A DNA stretch of 64,000 bases from a virus: IMG/VR virus record IMGVR_UViG_3300021375_000018, positions 23,119 through 87,118 of that record, one strand, 5' to 3'. The notes under the pieces are model-generated. The model was not told where the DNA came from. It searched no databases and was given only the letters and a program-made list of their open reading frames with translations. How positions within the stretch are numbered: position 1 is the first letter of the stretch; the number at the start of each line of letters is the position of its first letter. The translations under genes and the position numbers were made by a program. Below are positions 1-10,821 of the stretch, one piece after another.

Positions 1-12
1 CCTGATAATATA

Positions 13-2010
13 TTGGATTTAGATGAGCTATTAAAAGAAGTATCTGGTGGTTTAGGTAGTGAATTTAATAGTTTATATGATTTAGTTCCTAAAGTAGCTT
101 TTAAAGTACCTTTACTTGATATTGCATTATCAATTGCTATACTAGGAATTGAAAACTTAATTACATTTTCAAACTCACAAGACAAAAGAATGAAGTTACT
201 ATTTAATAAATTTAAAATGGAAAGAGAATGGAAAAATAATTATCTTTATAAATCCAAAGGGAAAGGCACATTATCAAAAGATTTAGATCTACCAAAGATT
301 GAAGATAATGTAAACTTAGTTGAACTAGATTATTACTTTTTTAGATTTTATATTGAAAGAATTCATGTAGGTTCTAAACTAGTAAAGTATCAATTAAAAA
401 GAAAGACACCTTTACCTTTAAGGACAAAAGAGTCACCTTTTACAAGAGTAGGTAGTAGTAGATTTCAAAATATATTAAAACACGAGATAAATAGTGATAA
501 AAAATATAATTGGAGTTCTGAAAATACAAAAACAAACGGTAAGATTCATGAACAGTCAACAAGACTAAGATCTCTACCACAAGGATTGATGTTACATGAT
601 GATATAATTGAAACAATAATTTTAAATTCTAATTTAAACGAAAAAGACTCAGTTTTATCAATAGGTGATGACTTATTACAAAACTTTTATAAAGCAAAAG
701 ATAAAGAAAAAAGATTACCTTCAAAATTAGTTCAAGAAATAGAAAACACATTAGAAGCTGAGTATATGCCTTTTTATTTGCATGACGTAAGAACAAATGA
801 AATAATATCAATGCATGCTTTTATAGATAACATAGCAGACTCATTTAGCCCAGAATATACAACAACTTCAGGCTTTGGTAGGATAGATGATGTTAGATCA
901 TATGTTAAAACAAATAGACAAATAAACTTAACTTTTAAAATTGTTTCAACTTCTCAAAGTGATCATGACTTAATGTGGTATCAAGTCAACAAAATTGTTT
1001 CAATGGTTTACCCACAATGGTCAGATGCTTTCCCAGCATTTAAAACAGATGATAATGACAATAAAACTTTTGCAAATTTTAAGTATCCATTTTCTCAAGT
1101 TCCAACTTCTTCACCACTTGTAAGACTTAGAGTAGGTGATGTTATAAAGTCAAACTATAGCAGAACAAGTCTTTCAAGATTACATGGACTTACAAGTTTT
1201 GCTAATCCTAATAAAATGACTAAAAACGTCAAGATAAACAATAAAAAAACAGAAGTTACAGATAAAAGTATAGTGTTTGAAAAAGGATCCGATGAGCATA
1301 TACTTTTGCCCGGCATGTACAGAGATAATGCGTTTTCTGGAGAAAATTTTTTAGACTCTGTATCAGACTTTGATATGGGATATTTTAATATTAAAAAGCC
1401 TGTTAAAGTTAAAAATATAGGTAGTTCATTTTCAATAGGTAAAAGCTTTGTTTCTAAAGTAAAAGTTATTGAAGAAAATCACCCAGCAAAAGATAAGGTG
1501 CTAACTGTTGATGTAAGAAGTATTATTAATAAAAAAAGTATGTATAAATTAGAGCAAGAAGATACAACCTCGACAACCACTGATGTTATCCCAAAGCCTA
1601 AAAAAGATATAAAAATGGATAATATGTCTTTGGGTGATACTAATAAGATAATGAGTCCTGTTGATAGTGAGGGTAGACAAAACAATCCAATAACAAAAGC
1701 TTATGAGAGTGGTATGAGTAGAGGTTTAGCAGGATTTATAACAAATTTAGATATAAGTTATAACGAGTTTACTTGGGAAACAAGCAGAGTAGGATCTAAA
1801 GCACCAATGATGGTTTCTGTTACAATGGCATTTGCTCCAATACATGATATACCGCCAGGTTTAGATCATAATGGAATGATGAGAGCACCAATATATAATG
1901 TTGGAAGAATAAACAACGAAATTTTTGGTGATCCGCATGATGGAGACAATGGATTAAATTCAGGGCGTAGAGAAACTTTAAAATATCTTAAAAAGTTTAT
2001 TAAGGAGTAA
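13..2010 (+). CDS. Putative baseplate/tail-tube-initiator-like structural protein (may be 5'-truncated by the window edge)
   Basis: Segment AFIDNIADSFSPEYTTTSGFGRIDDVRSY..TNRQINLTFKI..SPLVRLRVGD..GFITNLDISY resembles contractile-tail tube/gp48-like proteins; lies directly upstream of a LysM/tail-X gene. Confidence 0.55.
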   Translation: MDLDELLKEVSGGLGSEFNSLYDLVPKVAFKVPLLDIALSIAILGIENLITFSNSQDKRMKLLFNKFKMEREWKNNYLYKSKGKGTLSKDLDLPKIEDNVNLVELDYYFFRFYIERIHVGSKLVKYQLKRKTPLPLRTKESPFTRVGSSRFQNILKHEINSDKKYNWSSENTKTNGKIHEQSTRLRSLPQGLMLHDDIIETIILNSNLNEKDSVLSIGDDLLQNFYKAKDKEKRLPSKLVQEIENTLEAEYMPFYLHDVRTNEIISMHAFIDNIADSFSPEYTTTSGFGRIDDVRSYVKTNRQINLTFKIVSTSQSDHDLMWYQVNKIVSMVYPQWSDAFPAFKTDDNDNKTFANFKYPFSQVPTSSPLVRLRVGDVIKSNYSRTSLSRLHGLTSFANPNKMTKNVKINNKKTEVTDKSIVFEKGSDEHILLPGMYRDNAFSGENFLDSVSDFDMGYFNIKKPVKVKNIGSSFSIGKSFVSKVKVIEENHPAKDKVLTVDVRSIINKKSMYKLEQEDTTSTTTDVIPKPKKDIKMDNMSLGDTNKIMSPVDSEGRQNNPITKAYESGMSRGLAGFITNLDISYNEFTWETSRVGSKAPMMVSVTMAFAPIHDIPPGLDHNGMMRAPIYNVGRINNEIFGDPHDGDNGLNSGRRETLKYLKKFIKE

Positions 2011-2013
2011 TCA

Positions 2014-2280
2014 ATGGCTGTAATTAATAGATATGATAGCTTTGGAAATAGTATTGCTAATAAAATATATTTTGCAAGACAAAACAACCAAATAGACACA
2101 AAAGTTGTTGTAACTGAATCTTCAAAAAGACTTGATCATTATGCATATGAGGAGTACGATGAAGGATTAAATTGGTGGATAATCGCAGCTGCAAGTGGTA
2201 TAGGATGGTGGCTTCAAGTACCTCCTGGAACAGTTCTATATATTCCAACAGACTTACAACAAATCGAAAACTTAAAATAA
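2014..2280 (+). CDS. LysM/tail-X-like baseplate protein
   Basis: RLDHYAYEEY..WWIIAAASGI..VPPGTVLYIP is the typical LysM-like baseplate wedge signature; AGGAG RBS. Confidence 0.75.
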   Translation: MAVINRYDSFGNSIANKIYFARQNNQIDTKVVVTESSKRLDHYAYEEYDEGLNWWIIAAASGIGWWLQVPPGTVLYIPTDLQQIENLK

Positions 2281-2297
2281 AAAAAGTAGATTAAATA

Positions 2298-5200
2298 ATG
2301 AGTAAAAATTCAATTTCAGCTTTAAGAGCTAGTAAAGTAAGTAAATTTTTAAATATTCTATCTGAATCTGATACAGTAAAACATTTAAATAGACAAAAAG
2401 AATCAGGCACTAGCTCTGATGAAATTACAAGTAGCGCAGCTGATGCAATATCTGATATGTTTCAATCGATTTCAAGAGAAGCAATGACAACATATGAGAT
2501 TCTAAAGCATATGCATGAAAACTACACTGATGCAGATATAAAAAAAGTCTCAGATAAAATAAAAATCTTGCATAGCTCTTTAACTTATGACATAACAACA
2601 AAACCAAAAACAACACCAAAATCAGAAGTCGGCAATCCAACAAATGCAAACTCTCCTTTTATTTTAAAACAAAACGATAAATACTTTGGAAGATTTAATT
2701 CAAAGTATAGAAAAGACGTAATGGGAATAAATAGTCCTGATCCTGATGTTGTTGTAGGTATTGAAGCTTTTGGTCAGTTTAACAAAGACAATAAAGCAAA
2801 AAACACACAAGATAAAAAGATGATAAGTGTGAATAGTAAACCAAAAAGCCCTAATCCAATTGCACCAGGATTATCAATTATATTGCATAACGATGCTAAT
2901 TTTAGATGTGGATCAAGAAATGCTTTGGAACTTGCTACTTTTTGGAATATACTAAGTAATATTGAGATGAGTAAATGCTATCCATTCTTAAATGCAACTT
3001 TTTCTTTACCTAAGATATTAAGACAAAAGAGTTCAGTTACTTCATTTAAAACAAGCACAATAAATCAATTTATTGACGGTACTTTAGTGCCAGAAAACAA
3101 AACTGATACTTATGATTTTTTTGAAGCGTCTATAGGAAAAACCTTAAATAATAAAAGTAAAAAGAGAGAGACTGAATTGGGTGTTGATGCAAACTTTTCT
3201 ATTTTTACTTCTCCTCAAACTTTAAACAATTTCAATGAAAATTCTGGACATTTAGAAAATTTTATGTCTAAAGAGGGAAATTCTTTTAAAAGTTCTATAA
3301 AAAATAGAATAACTACACCTCATGACTTAACTAGACCTTTTATGACTATTAAATCGTTTGATATAGATGTAGCACCTTCGCAAGGTCTTATGTCATTTAA
3401 GACTGGAAGACTTAGTCTTGTTTTACATGATAGAACAAGAATGGGAGATATTGCACCTTTTATTAAACCTGATCTGTTTGGATCGTTTGGTGCTGAGATT
3501 ACTATTGAGTATGGTTGGTCACATATAGATGTTGGTGATAATAAAACTAGCGATAATAAAAATTATATTGCTGAATTTTTAAATGATTCTAGAGTTGTTG
3601 AAAAATATATTATTACAAACTCTTCGTTTAGAATAGACAAAGCAGGACTTGTAAATATTGACTTAGCAATAGCTATGAGAGGCCCACTAGATATTAGACA
3701 AGCATTTATAGAAGGTAATTCTTCAAAAAAAGTGTCATCAAATCAAATTAAACTTGATTTAAACAATTTACAAGGTAATTTGATTAAATTACAACGAGAG
3801 TGCATAAGATTTAATAACGATGATGCAGCCAATAATCCAGAAAACAAATCAGTTATAATTAACGGACTTAATGATTCACTTTTAAATTTTATTAAAAAAA
3901 CAGCTTTAGATAGCTTTACTATTAAAGTATATAAAAAGGATAAAGCTTTTAATAAAGCTATAAAAGATTTTGTTAATCTAGAGGGAAAAAAACTTAATAA
4001 AAAATTTAACAAAATAAATAATGATGATTCTGAAAATGATTTGTTTAAGTTTTCTAGTGGTCAGGAAAAATCTTTAATAAATAATGATGGTATAAACAGC
4101 GTAAAAAAAGAAGTTATTAAAAGTATAAAATCATTACAAGCTTCAATTATTGGACATATTGTTAGTCTAAGAGGCAATAAAAAAGATAGAGAAGACATTT
4201 TTAATGATCTTCATTTCAATGTTGAGATTGATGCTTTTTTTGATAAAAACTGGTATGTATCAAGAACTGGCAAGAAAAATGCAACAGGTAAAGACAAGAA
4301 TAAAGCTCTAAAAGAATTAAAAGAAGGCACAACTTTTGATGGATATATTACTTTTGGTTCTATAATAAATAAAATAGTAGCGACGCACTTGACAAATTTA
4401 GGTAAGTTTGATGAAACTCAAGTAATTTTTTATACTGCTAATGAATTTTGTGGAGAGATGTCTTCTAGAAATATTGCTTCTTTTCTTATAAGTAAGGAAG
4501 AATATAAATTATTTTTAAATGATATTTTTACAAATAAGAACAGATATACTATCGAGTCTTTTCTTGGGTTAGTAATTAAAGAGTTTATAGAAGATAAAAG
4601 TCAAATAATGTATGGCTTTAGTGACTTATTTAAAAAGAAGGACACAAATTCATATAAAAAAGTGCCTATTGAAAAAAAGACAGAAGATTTTAAGGAAAAA
4701 GTAGACGCTAGATTGAAAGAAATATATGCAGCGCAGGCTGGAGGTAAAAAACTAAATAAAAGTTTTGATTTTAAAATGCCAAGAGTAGGATTTACTTTTG
4801 ACACGTTGACTTCAAAAGAAGATAATTATAATAGAGTAATTAGTAGATTATCTATTTATGATAAAAACGATAATCCTTTTGGTTCATTAAACAGTATTAT
4901 GAAAGAGTTAAATGCTTCTGAGGGTGTTTTAAAATTAAACAATGAACTAACAAAGCTCAGGAAAGAACACGCAAGTAAAAGTGGAAGTAGTTTGCCATAT
5001 GAATTTTATGAAAAAAGTCAAAAAATAATTGAAAAATTTACTCCTAATTTTATAGAAGAAGATCCAAACAATAAAGGTGTATATATTATAAAAAACTCAT
5101 CAAATGGAGTTGCTAGTTTAAAAAACAAGTTTAAAGAAATGATGCCTTCAATAACATATGGATCTCAAAATTCTGGTATAATAGATGCTTCTTTGACTAC

Positions 5201-6578
5201 AGTTAATGAATCAAAAATGAATACAGTGTTTCTTACTAGACCTGATCGTAATAAGGTTATTAGCAATGTCTTAACTTCTTTTGACAAAGACTTACCTTTA
5301 AGAGTATTGCCATCCCAGGCTTCTATTACAATGTTTGGATGTCCTTACTTAAACTTTGCACAATTTATTTACTTAGACTTTGAAACAGGAACAACAATTG
5401 ACAATACTTATAGCGTCGCTAGTCTTAAACATAGCATAACACCCGGGTCTTTTAAAACAACAGCAACACTTACTTATGGAGATGTTTATGGAAAATATGA
5501 AGTTGCACAAGGTATTATATCAGATGTGATAAAAAGAATAGATGATATAGAGGAACCTAAAACAGTTGAAATTGGCAATAATGATAGCACAAAAGTTAAA
5601 GTTGCAAGCAATAATAGTAGTATTAAAAAGACTATTGTTATAAGGAAAATTAAAAGAGAAGATGTTTTTGACAAAGAATTAAGTATCTTCTTGTTTTCGT
5701 TAGCAAAAGAATATAAATTTAATTTTAACGTAAACTTTAAAAACAGCAATAAAAACAAAATACATTTTGAAATTGACAACAATAAAGGTAGAAAAATAGC
5801 AGCAAAGTCTAGCCTTAATAATATCAACTCAAATATTGAAATTACCAGCGAAAGTTCTGTTACAAAATTTGACTTTAAATACGATGCTTTTATATTTAAA
5901 AATTTTAGTAATACAGAAAAACTAACAGAAATACCTTTTGTAATAAAGTCTTATGAGATAAACAAGAAAAATAAATTGTTTGCTATTGATCTTTTGCAAA
6001 CTGAAAAAAATGAAAGTATTCTTACAAATATCTTTAGTCATAACTTCTTTTTAAAATTTAAAAATATTCCAACATCTATAATAGGAAGTTGTTCAGGCTC
6101 AACTTTAGAAATAGACGCTTTTTATATTGATTTTACTTCTAATAAACATAAAAAAGTTTTAGAAATAGAAAATGGTACAGAAATTAATTTTCTTGGTAGC
6201 ATTTTTCCTCTTATAAATCCAGACATAGATACGATTGCAAATCCTCCTATAATAAGTTATTATATAACAAGAGAAATAGAAGTAGTAAACAAATTATATT
6301 TTGTAACTGTAGAGGTTTCACAAGATAAAGATATTGTTGATCAATTAAAATCAAAATATGAGTCAAGAATTGTAATTAATAATATTAGTTTAAACGATTT
6401 AAGTAGAAAATATGTTAATGATATTAAAAAACTTCCTGATGATTTAACGAAAGTTGTTAAAGATACGTTTTATAGTAAACACAGTGACAAACCAGAAGAA
6501 GAAAAATTTAAAATTTATATCCCAGTCAGTATAATAACAAATTTATTTTTTCAAAATATATTTGAAGTTATAAATTAA
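2298..6578 (+). CDS. Large baseplate hub-like (gp27/VgrG-type) protein
   Basis: 1426 aa; position after LysM gene; IEYGWSH and ASITMFGCPYL..FIYLDFETGTTIDNTYSV..LKHSITPGSFKTTATL resemble hub beta-barrel motifs. Confidence 0.55.
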   Translation: MSKNSISALRASKVSKFLNILSESDTVKHLNRQKESGTSSDEITSSAADAISDMFQSISREAMTTYEILKHMHENYTDADIKKVSDKIKILHSSLTYDITTKPKTTPKSEVGNPTNANSPFILKQNDKYFGRFNSKYRKDVMGINSPDPDVVVGIEAFGQFNKDNKAKNTQDKKMISVNSKPKSPNPIAPGLSIILHNDANFRCGSRNALELATFWNILSNIEMSKCYPFLNATFSLPKILRQKSSVTSFKTSTINQFIDGTLVPENKTDTYDFFEASIGKTLNNKSKKRETELGVDANFSIFTSPQTLNNFNENSGHLENFMSKEGNSFKSSIKNRITTPHDLTRPFMTIKSFDIDVAPSQGLMSFKTGRLSLVLHDRTRMGDIAPFIKPDLFGSFGAEITIEYGWSHIDVGDNKTSDNKNYIAEFLNDSRVVEKYIITNSSFRIDKAGLVNIDLAIAMRGPLDIRQAFIEGNSSKKVSSNQIKLDLNNLQGNLIKLQRECIRFNNDDAANNPENKSVIINGLNDSLLNFIKKTALDSFTIKVYKKDKAFNKAIKDFVNLEGKKLNKKFNKINNDDSENDLFKFSSGQEKSLINNDGINSVKKEVIKSIKSLQASIIGHIVSLRGNKKDREDIFNDLHFNVEIDAFFDKNWYVSRTGKKNATGKDKNKALKELKEGTTFDGYITFGSIINKIVATHLTNLGKFDETQVIFYTANEFCGEMSSRNIASFLISKEEYKLFLNDIFTNKNRYTIESFLGLVIKEFIEDKSQIMYGFSDLFKKKDTNSYKKVPIEKKTEDFKEKVDARLKEIYAAQAGGKKLNKSFDFKMPRVGFTFDTLTSKEDNYNRVISRLSIYDKNDNPFGSLNSIMKELNASEGVLKLNNELTKLRKEHASKSGSSLPYEFYEKSQKIIEKFTPNFIEEDPNNKGVYIIKNSSNGVASLKNKFKEMMPSITYGSQNSGIIDASLTTVNESKMNTVFLTRPDRNKVISNVLTSFDKDLPLRVLPSQASITMFGCPYLNFAQFIYLDFETGTTIDNTYSVASLKHSITPGSFKTTATLTYGDVYGKYEVAQGIISDVIKRIDDIEEPKTVEIGNNDSTKVKVASNNSSIKKTIVIRKIKREDVFDKELSIFLFSLAKEYKFNFNVNFKNSNKNKIHFEIDNNKGRKIAAKSSLNNINSNIEITSESSVTKFDFKYDAFIFKNFSNTEKLTEIPFVIKSYEINKKNKLFAIDLLQTEKNESILTNIFSHNFFLKFKNIPTSIIGSCSGSTLEIDAFYIDFTSNKHKKVLEIENGTEINFLGSIFPLINPDIDTIANPPIISYYITREIEVVNKLYFVTVEVSQDKDIVDQLKSKYESRIVINNISLNDLSRKYVNDIKKLPDDLTKVVKDTFYSKHSDKPEEEKFKIYIPVSIITNLFFQNIFEVIN

Positions 6579-6586
6579 AATTAATT

Positions 6587-6615
6587 GTGTAAAAATAAAA
6601 AAATGTATATATTAT
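6587..6615 (+). promoter_or_regulatory. Phage promoter GTGTAAA-N16-TATTAT
   Basis: Member of a motif family with fixed 16-nt spacing found upstream of many + strand operons. Confidence 0.65.
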
Positions 6616-6621
6616 ATTTTT

Positions 6622-7680
6622 ATGAAAGATGAATATAAATTATATAATATAGAAGATATAAATAAGTATGATAAATTCTTTAGTATGTTTAGTAATAAAT
6701 TATCTATAGAAGTAATATTAGAAGTTTTACCTGAATTTTACAAAAAAGAATTTATTAAAGATTTAGAAATTTGTGATTCTAAGCTATTAGAATTAGATAA
6801 ATACTTTAATTATTTAGACATTTTCTCAAAAAAACAAAAAATATTTAGTAATTTAAATAGAGCTAAGATTAATAAAATATCTTATAAAGTATTTAAAGAG
6901 CTAGAAAAAAACGAAACACTACAATCAAATCTTAATAGCTTTAAGCCTATTAGAGGTTATGCAGAAGTTGTATCATATGAACAAATAAAAACAATTTCAG
7001 GACGATTGATAAATAAAACTTCAAGTCCTAAGATATTGACATTACCTGTAAGACATAGAAAGATATTTGAATCTAGATGGACTCAAGAAGGTGACTTATT
7101 ACAAATTGATTTTAAGTCTCTTGAACCTAGAGTTATAAGAAAGATAAATGGAAAAGATGCAGGTGATGATATCTATATGGATATTGCTGATGGTTTAGAC
7201 TTTAAAGTTGATCGTCTTATTATTAAAAGAGCAATCATATCAATACTATACGGAAGCAACTCTCAAATAGACGGCTTAAGTAAAGAAAGAAGTGATATCG
7301 TATTAAATGCAACAAAAGAATATTTTGATATTAAAGCAACATTGCAAAAGGCATCAAAAGAATACGACGTTGATTGCAGAAGCAATTTCTATGGAAGACC
7401 TATATGGAATATCAAAGAAACAAAAGAAAACAAAATCGTAAACAACTACATACAATCTACAGCTGTTGATGTGGCATTATTATACTTCTCAGAATTATGT
7501 GATAAATTAGATCTTGATTTATGCAAACCGCTTTTTATAATTCACGATGCTTTGGTATGTGACGTACATAAAAGCTATAAAGAAGAATTCTCAAAAATTG
7601 TAAATGAAGGTTATAACTGTAACAAACTAGGAAACTTTCCTGTTGAAATAACTAATGTATTGGAGTCAATATATGAATAA
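6622..7680 (+). CDS. Family A DNA polymerase-like protein (polymerase domain only)
   Basis: TISGRL, motif A LLQIDFKSLEPRV, motif B-like IKRAIISILYG, NNYIQSTAVD, motif C IHDAL; only 352 aa and no exonuclease domain. Confidence 0.8.
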   Translation: MKDEYKLYNIEDINKYDKFFSMFSNKLSIEVILEVLPEFYKKEFIKDLEICDSKLLELDKYFNYLDIFSKKQKIFSNLNRAKINKISYKVFKELEKNETLQSNLNSFKPIRGYAEVVSYEQIKTISGRLINKTSSPKILTLPVRHRKIFESRWTQEGDLLQIDFKSLEPRVIRKINGKDAGDDIYMDIADGLDFKVDRLIIKRAIISILYGSNSQIDGLSKERSDIVLNATKEYFDIKATLQKASKEYDVDCRSNFYGRPIWNIKETKENKIVNNYIQSTAVDVALLYFSELCDKLDLDLCKPLFIIHDALVCDVHKSYKEEFSKIVNEGYNCNKLGNFPVEITNVLESIYE

Positions 7681-8284
7681 ACTAATTGAAAGAGATGTAG
7701 AATCTCTTTGGAATAAATATGAAAAGCTACTTTCAGTCTTAAACGATGAAGGAGTTAATAAACTAATTGAAGATCATGGACAAAGAATTATAGAATGTTC
7801 ATACTCACAAAAAATATCAGAACCTTACTGTGGAATCGGTGGTCTTGTAGCTTACAGTCTAGACTTAGCAAAAAATGCGAAAGTATTATCACAAACATTA
7901 AAATATGATATTACAGCGCACTCTATTATAAAATGTGCTTTACTATCTGAAGTTGGTAGAATTGGTACAGAGCATATTAGTAGATTTATACTTTCAACTT
8001 CAGACTGGCACAAAGAAAAATTAGGAATGTATTTTGATTGGAATGAATCATGTCCAAAATATAATGTATATCATATGTCTTTGTGGTACATTCAAAAATA
8101 TAAAATTCATCTTTCTTGGGAAGAGTGGCAAACAATTATGCTAATGACTTCGCAGTCTTCTGAAGATTCAAAGTTTTATGGCAATCATAAATCAAATCTT
8201 TCTTTATTACTTTCTATTTCTAAAGATATAGTGATTAAAAAAGAAAAAGATGTTATTGATGGTGTAGATAGGATTCCTTTTTAA
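7655..8284 (+). CDS. HD-fold-like protein, degenerate (probable start at MNKLIE)
   Basis: GGLVAYSL..CALLSEVGRIG aligns with the HD-hydrolase pattern GGL..HSL..ALLHD.GK.G but lacks the His/Asp residues. Confidence 0.5.
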   Translation: MYWSQYMNKLIERDVESLWNKYEKLLSVLNDEGVNKLIEDHGQRIIECSYSQKISEPYCGIGGLVAYSLDLAKNAKVLSQTLKYDITAHSIIKCALLSEVGRIGTEHISRFILSTSDWHKEKLGMYFDWNESCPKYNVYHMSLWYIQKYKIHLSWEEWQTIMLMTSQSSEDSKFYGNHKSNLSLLLSISKDIVIKKEKDVIDGVDRIPF

Positions 8285-8307
8285 TATTTATATAAAAAGG
8301 AGTCAAC

Positions 8308-8607
8308 ATGAATGAAAATGATTTATATTATCTTGTTTTAGAATCACTAATAGAAGAAGCAGAGCTTAATGAATTCAGCACAATGGGTGGAGGTGCTGTG
8401 GGTGGAGTATCAGTACCTTTAGGCGCTGGACCAAGTGGAAAAGTTATTTATAGAGACGGAAACGATAAAAGTGATTCTGCATACAAAGAAAAACCAGGAA
8501 ATAACAAGAAGAAGAAAAAGAGTAGAAAGAAAAAAACTTACAATAAGTCAGTTCAGCATTACTTAAAAAATGGTGGTGAGAAGACAAGAAAAAGATCATT
8601 TAAATAA
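8308..8607 (+). CDS. Hypothetical Lys-rich protein with acidic LxE-containing N-terminus
   Basis: AAGGAG RBS; ELNEFSTMGGGAVGG; basic C-terminal half. Confidence 0.65.
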   Translation: MNENDLYYLVLESLIEEAELNEFSTMGGGAVGGVSVPLGAGPSGKVIYRDGNDKSDSAYKEKPGNNKKKKKSRKKKTYNKSVQHYLKNGGEKTRKRSFK

Positions 8608-8628
8608 AAAATTAAAATTATAAAAAAT

Positions 8629-8657
8629 GTGTAAATATTAAAACAATAAATTATAAT
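8629..8657 (+). promoter_or_regulatory. Phage promoter GTGTAAA-N16-TATAAT upstream of ssb
   Basis: Exact motif and spacing. Confidence 0.75.
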
Positions 8658-8726
8658 TCAAATGTATTAAACAAATACAAATTAAAAAATGCCAAATTAA
8701 AAATTAAATATTCGGAAAGGAATAAC

Positions 8727-9533
8727 ATGGCTATAGATTTAAGTGCAATTCGAAAAAAGTTAAACCAATTAAGTGGACAAAACAATAAGAAAAATGTATT
8801 ATGGAGACCTGAAGAAGGTTCTGAAACAACAGTAAGACTTTTAGCATATCCTGATAATGATGGACAACCCTTTAAAGAGATGATGTTTTACTACAATATC
8901 GGAAATAACCCGGGTTTGCTATCACCATACCAATTTGGAAAAGCTGATCCTATTCAAGAGCTTATTACGAAACTTCGCGATGAAGGTTCAAAGGAAAGTT
9001 ATGAATTAGCTAAAAAGCTTTATCCTAAGATGAGATGTTATGCTCCAGTTATTGTTAGAGGTGAAGAAGATAAGGGCGTAAGATTATGGGCTTTTGGGAA
9101 GCAACTATATCAAACGTTTTTAAACTTTATGCTTGACGAAGACTATGGTGACATTACTGATCCTATGGAAGGAAGAGATATTCGTGTAGTATGTACAAAA
9201 ACTCCTGGTCGTATGTGGGCAACAACTGAAGTAAGACCTCGAGGTAAAGATACACCTTTATCTGAAAATCAAGGACAAGTTAAAAAATGGCTTGACAATA
9301 TTCCTGATGTCAACGATTTATACACGCTTAAGTCTTACGAAGAATTAGAGAATATCGTAAATGAATGGCTCAATGGTGATGAAGAAGAAAGTAAAGAATC
9401 ATCTCGAGGTTGGGGAAATAGTGAAAGTAAGAGTGAAAGCAACAGTAGCAGTAGCAGTGATGATTCACCAGATGCTATTAATAGCAAATACAAGTCTCTT
9501 GATGATGCATTTGCTGATCTTGACTCGCTATAA
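8727..9533 (+). CDS. Single-stranded DNA-binding protein (T4 gp32-like)
   Basis: WRPEEG..TVRLL, YGDITDPMEGRDI, acidic/Ser-rich tail ending DDAFADL; upstream of recA. Confidence 0.8.
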   Translation: MAIDLSAIRKKLNQLSGQNNKKNVLWRPEEGSETTVRLLAYPDNDGQPFKEMMFYYNIGNNPGLLSPYQFGKADPIQELITKLRDEGSKESYELAKKLYPKMRCYAPVIVRGEEDKGVRLWAFGKQLYQTFLNFMLDEDYGDITDPMEGRDIRVVCTKTPGRMWATTEVRPRGKDTPLSENQGQVKKWLDNIPDVNDLYTLKSYEELENIVNEWLNGDEEESKESSRGWGNSESKSESNSSSSSDDSPDAINSKYKSLDDAFADLDSL

Positions 9534-9609
9534 TAAAGAATCTTTATAGATTTATTTTTACTGGACAAATCCAGAATTTCTGTATTCCTAACATAACAAG
9601 AAGGATTAA

Positions 9610-10809
9610 ATGTCAAAATCAAAAAAACAAAAAGAAAATCTTGATGATTTTACATCAGATCTAATAAAGTCTCTCAACAAAGAAAGAGGGACAAGAGTAG
9701 CTTATAATTTAAGTTGTGATGAGTCACCAACACATGTTAATAGATGGATAAGTACTGGATCAAAGCAGCTAGATTATATTATTTCTAATAGACGCGATGG
9801 CGGATTACCAGAAGGCAGGATTGTTGAAATATTCGGTCCGCCTAGTATTGGTAAATCACATATTGCAACTCAAATTGCAAAATCAACCCAACAAATGGGA
9901 GGTATTGTTGTATACATTGATACAGAAAATGCAACATCAGTACAAAACCTTAGATCGTTAGGCGTTGATATTACAAAAAGATTTGTATATGTTGATACAC
10001 ACTGCACGGAAGAAGTACTATCAATTTCAGAAAGCACAATCATAAAAGCTAAAGCAATGGACAAAGATGTTCCTGTAACAATTATATGGGATTCTGTAGC
10101 AGCAACTTCACCAAAAGCTGAATTAACTGGTGATTATGATAAAGAGTCGATAGGATTGCAAGCAAGAGCAATATCAAAGGGTATGCGTAAGATCACAGGT
10201 GTAATTGCTAATCAAAAAGTTCTTATGGTTTGTTTGAATCAAATTAGAACAAAAGTTGGTGTATTATACGGTGATCCTACTACTACACCTGGAGGAATGG
10301 CTATACCATTTCACAGTTCAGTTAGAATTAAACTAGGAGCTGGTTCACAAATTCTAAACAAAGATAAAGAACCTATTGGAATAAACGTATCAGCAAAAAC
10401 AATTAAAAACAAGGTTTCAGCGCCGTTTAGAAAGTGTGATTTTGAAATACACTTTGGTAAAGGAATTGTTGAACATGAGCAATTGTTTGATTTATTAAGA
10501 AAGAATGGCCCTGAATCTACTAATGGATATCAAATTGAAGTATCAGGAACAGGTGCTTGGAAACATTTAAATGTTTATGATGAGTCTGGTGAAATGATTG
10601 TAGACAAAAAATTCTATAAATCTAATTTTGATGAAATTATAGATCATCCAGAGTTTGGTAAATATATCGATATGCTACTAGAAAAATCAATGATTAGAAA
10701 AAATAGTGATGATGAACCTGATATCGATGCAGAAAGCTATGAAGAAGTTAAAGCAATTCATGATGAAATAATGGATATTCACGAAGATGCTTTTAAGGAA
10801 CTATCATAA
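9610..10809 (+). CDS. recA: RecA/UvsX recombinase
   Basis: ISTGS..LD, GGLPEGRIVEIFGPPSIGKS (Walker A), YIDTE, WDSVAA, NQIR..G..YGDPTTTPGG. Confidence 0.95.
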   Translation: MSKSKKQKENLDDFTSDLIKSLNKERGTRVAYNLSCDESPTHVNRWISTGSKQLDYIISNRRDGGLPEGRIVEIFGPPSIGKSHIATQIAKSTQQMGGIVVYIDTENATSVQNLRSLGVDITKRFVYVDTHCTEEVLSISESTIIKAKAMDKDVPVTIIWDSVAATSPKAELTGDYDKESIGLQARAISKGMRKITGVIANQKVLMVCLNQIRTKVGVLYGDPTTTPGGMAIPFHSSVRIKLGAGSQILNKDKEPIGINVSAKTIKNKVSAPFRKCDFEIHFGKGIVEHEQLFDLLRKNGPESTNGYQIEVSGTGAWKHLNVYDESGEMIVDKKFYKSNFDEIIDHPEFGKYIDMLLEKSMIRKNSDDEPDIDAESYEEVKAIHDEIMDIHEDAFKELS

Positions 10810-10821
10810 AAAGGATATAAC

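Noticed and set aside
9561-9574. CTGGA-CAAA-TCCAG hairpin between ssb and recA as a terminator
   Set aside because: Only a 5-bp stem with no clear U-tract; too weak to call
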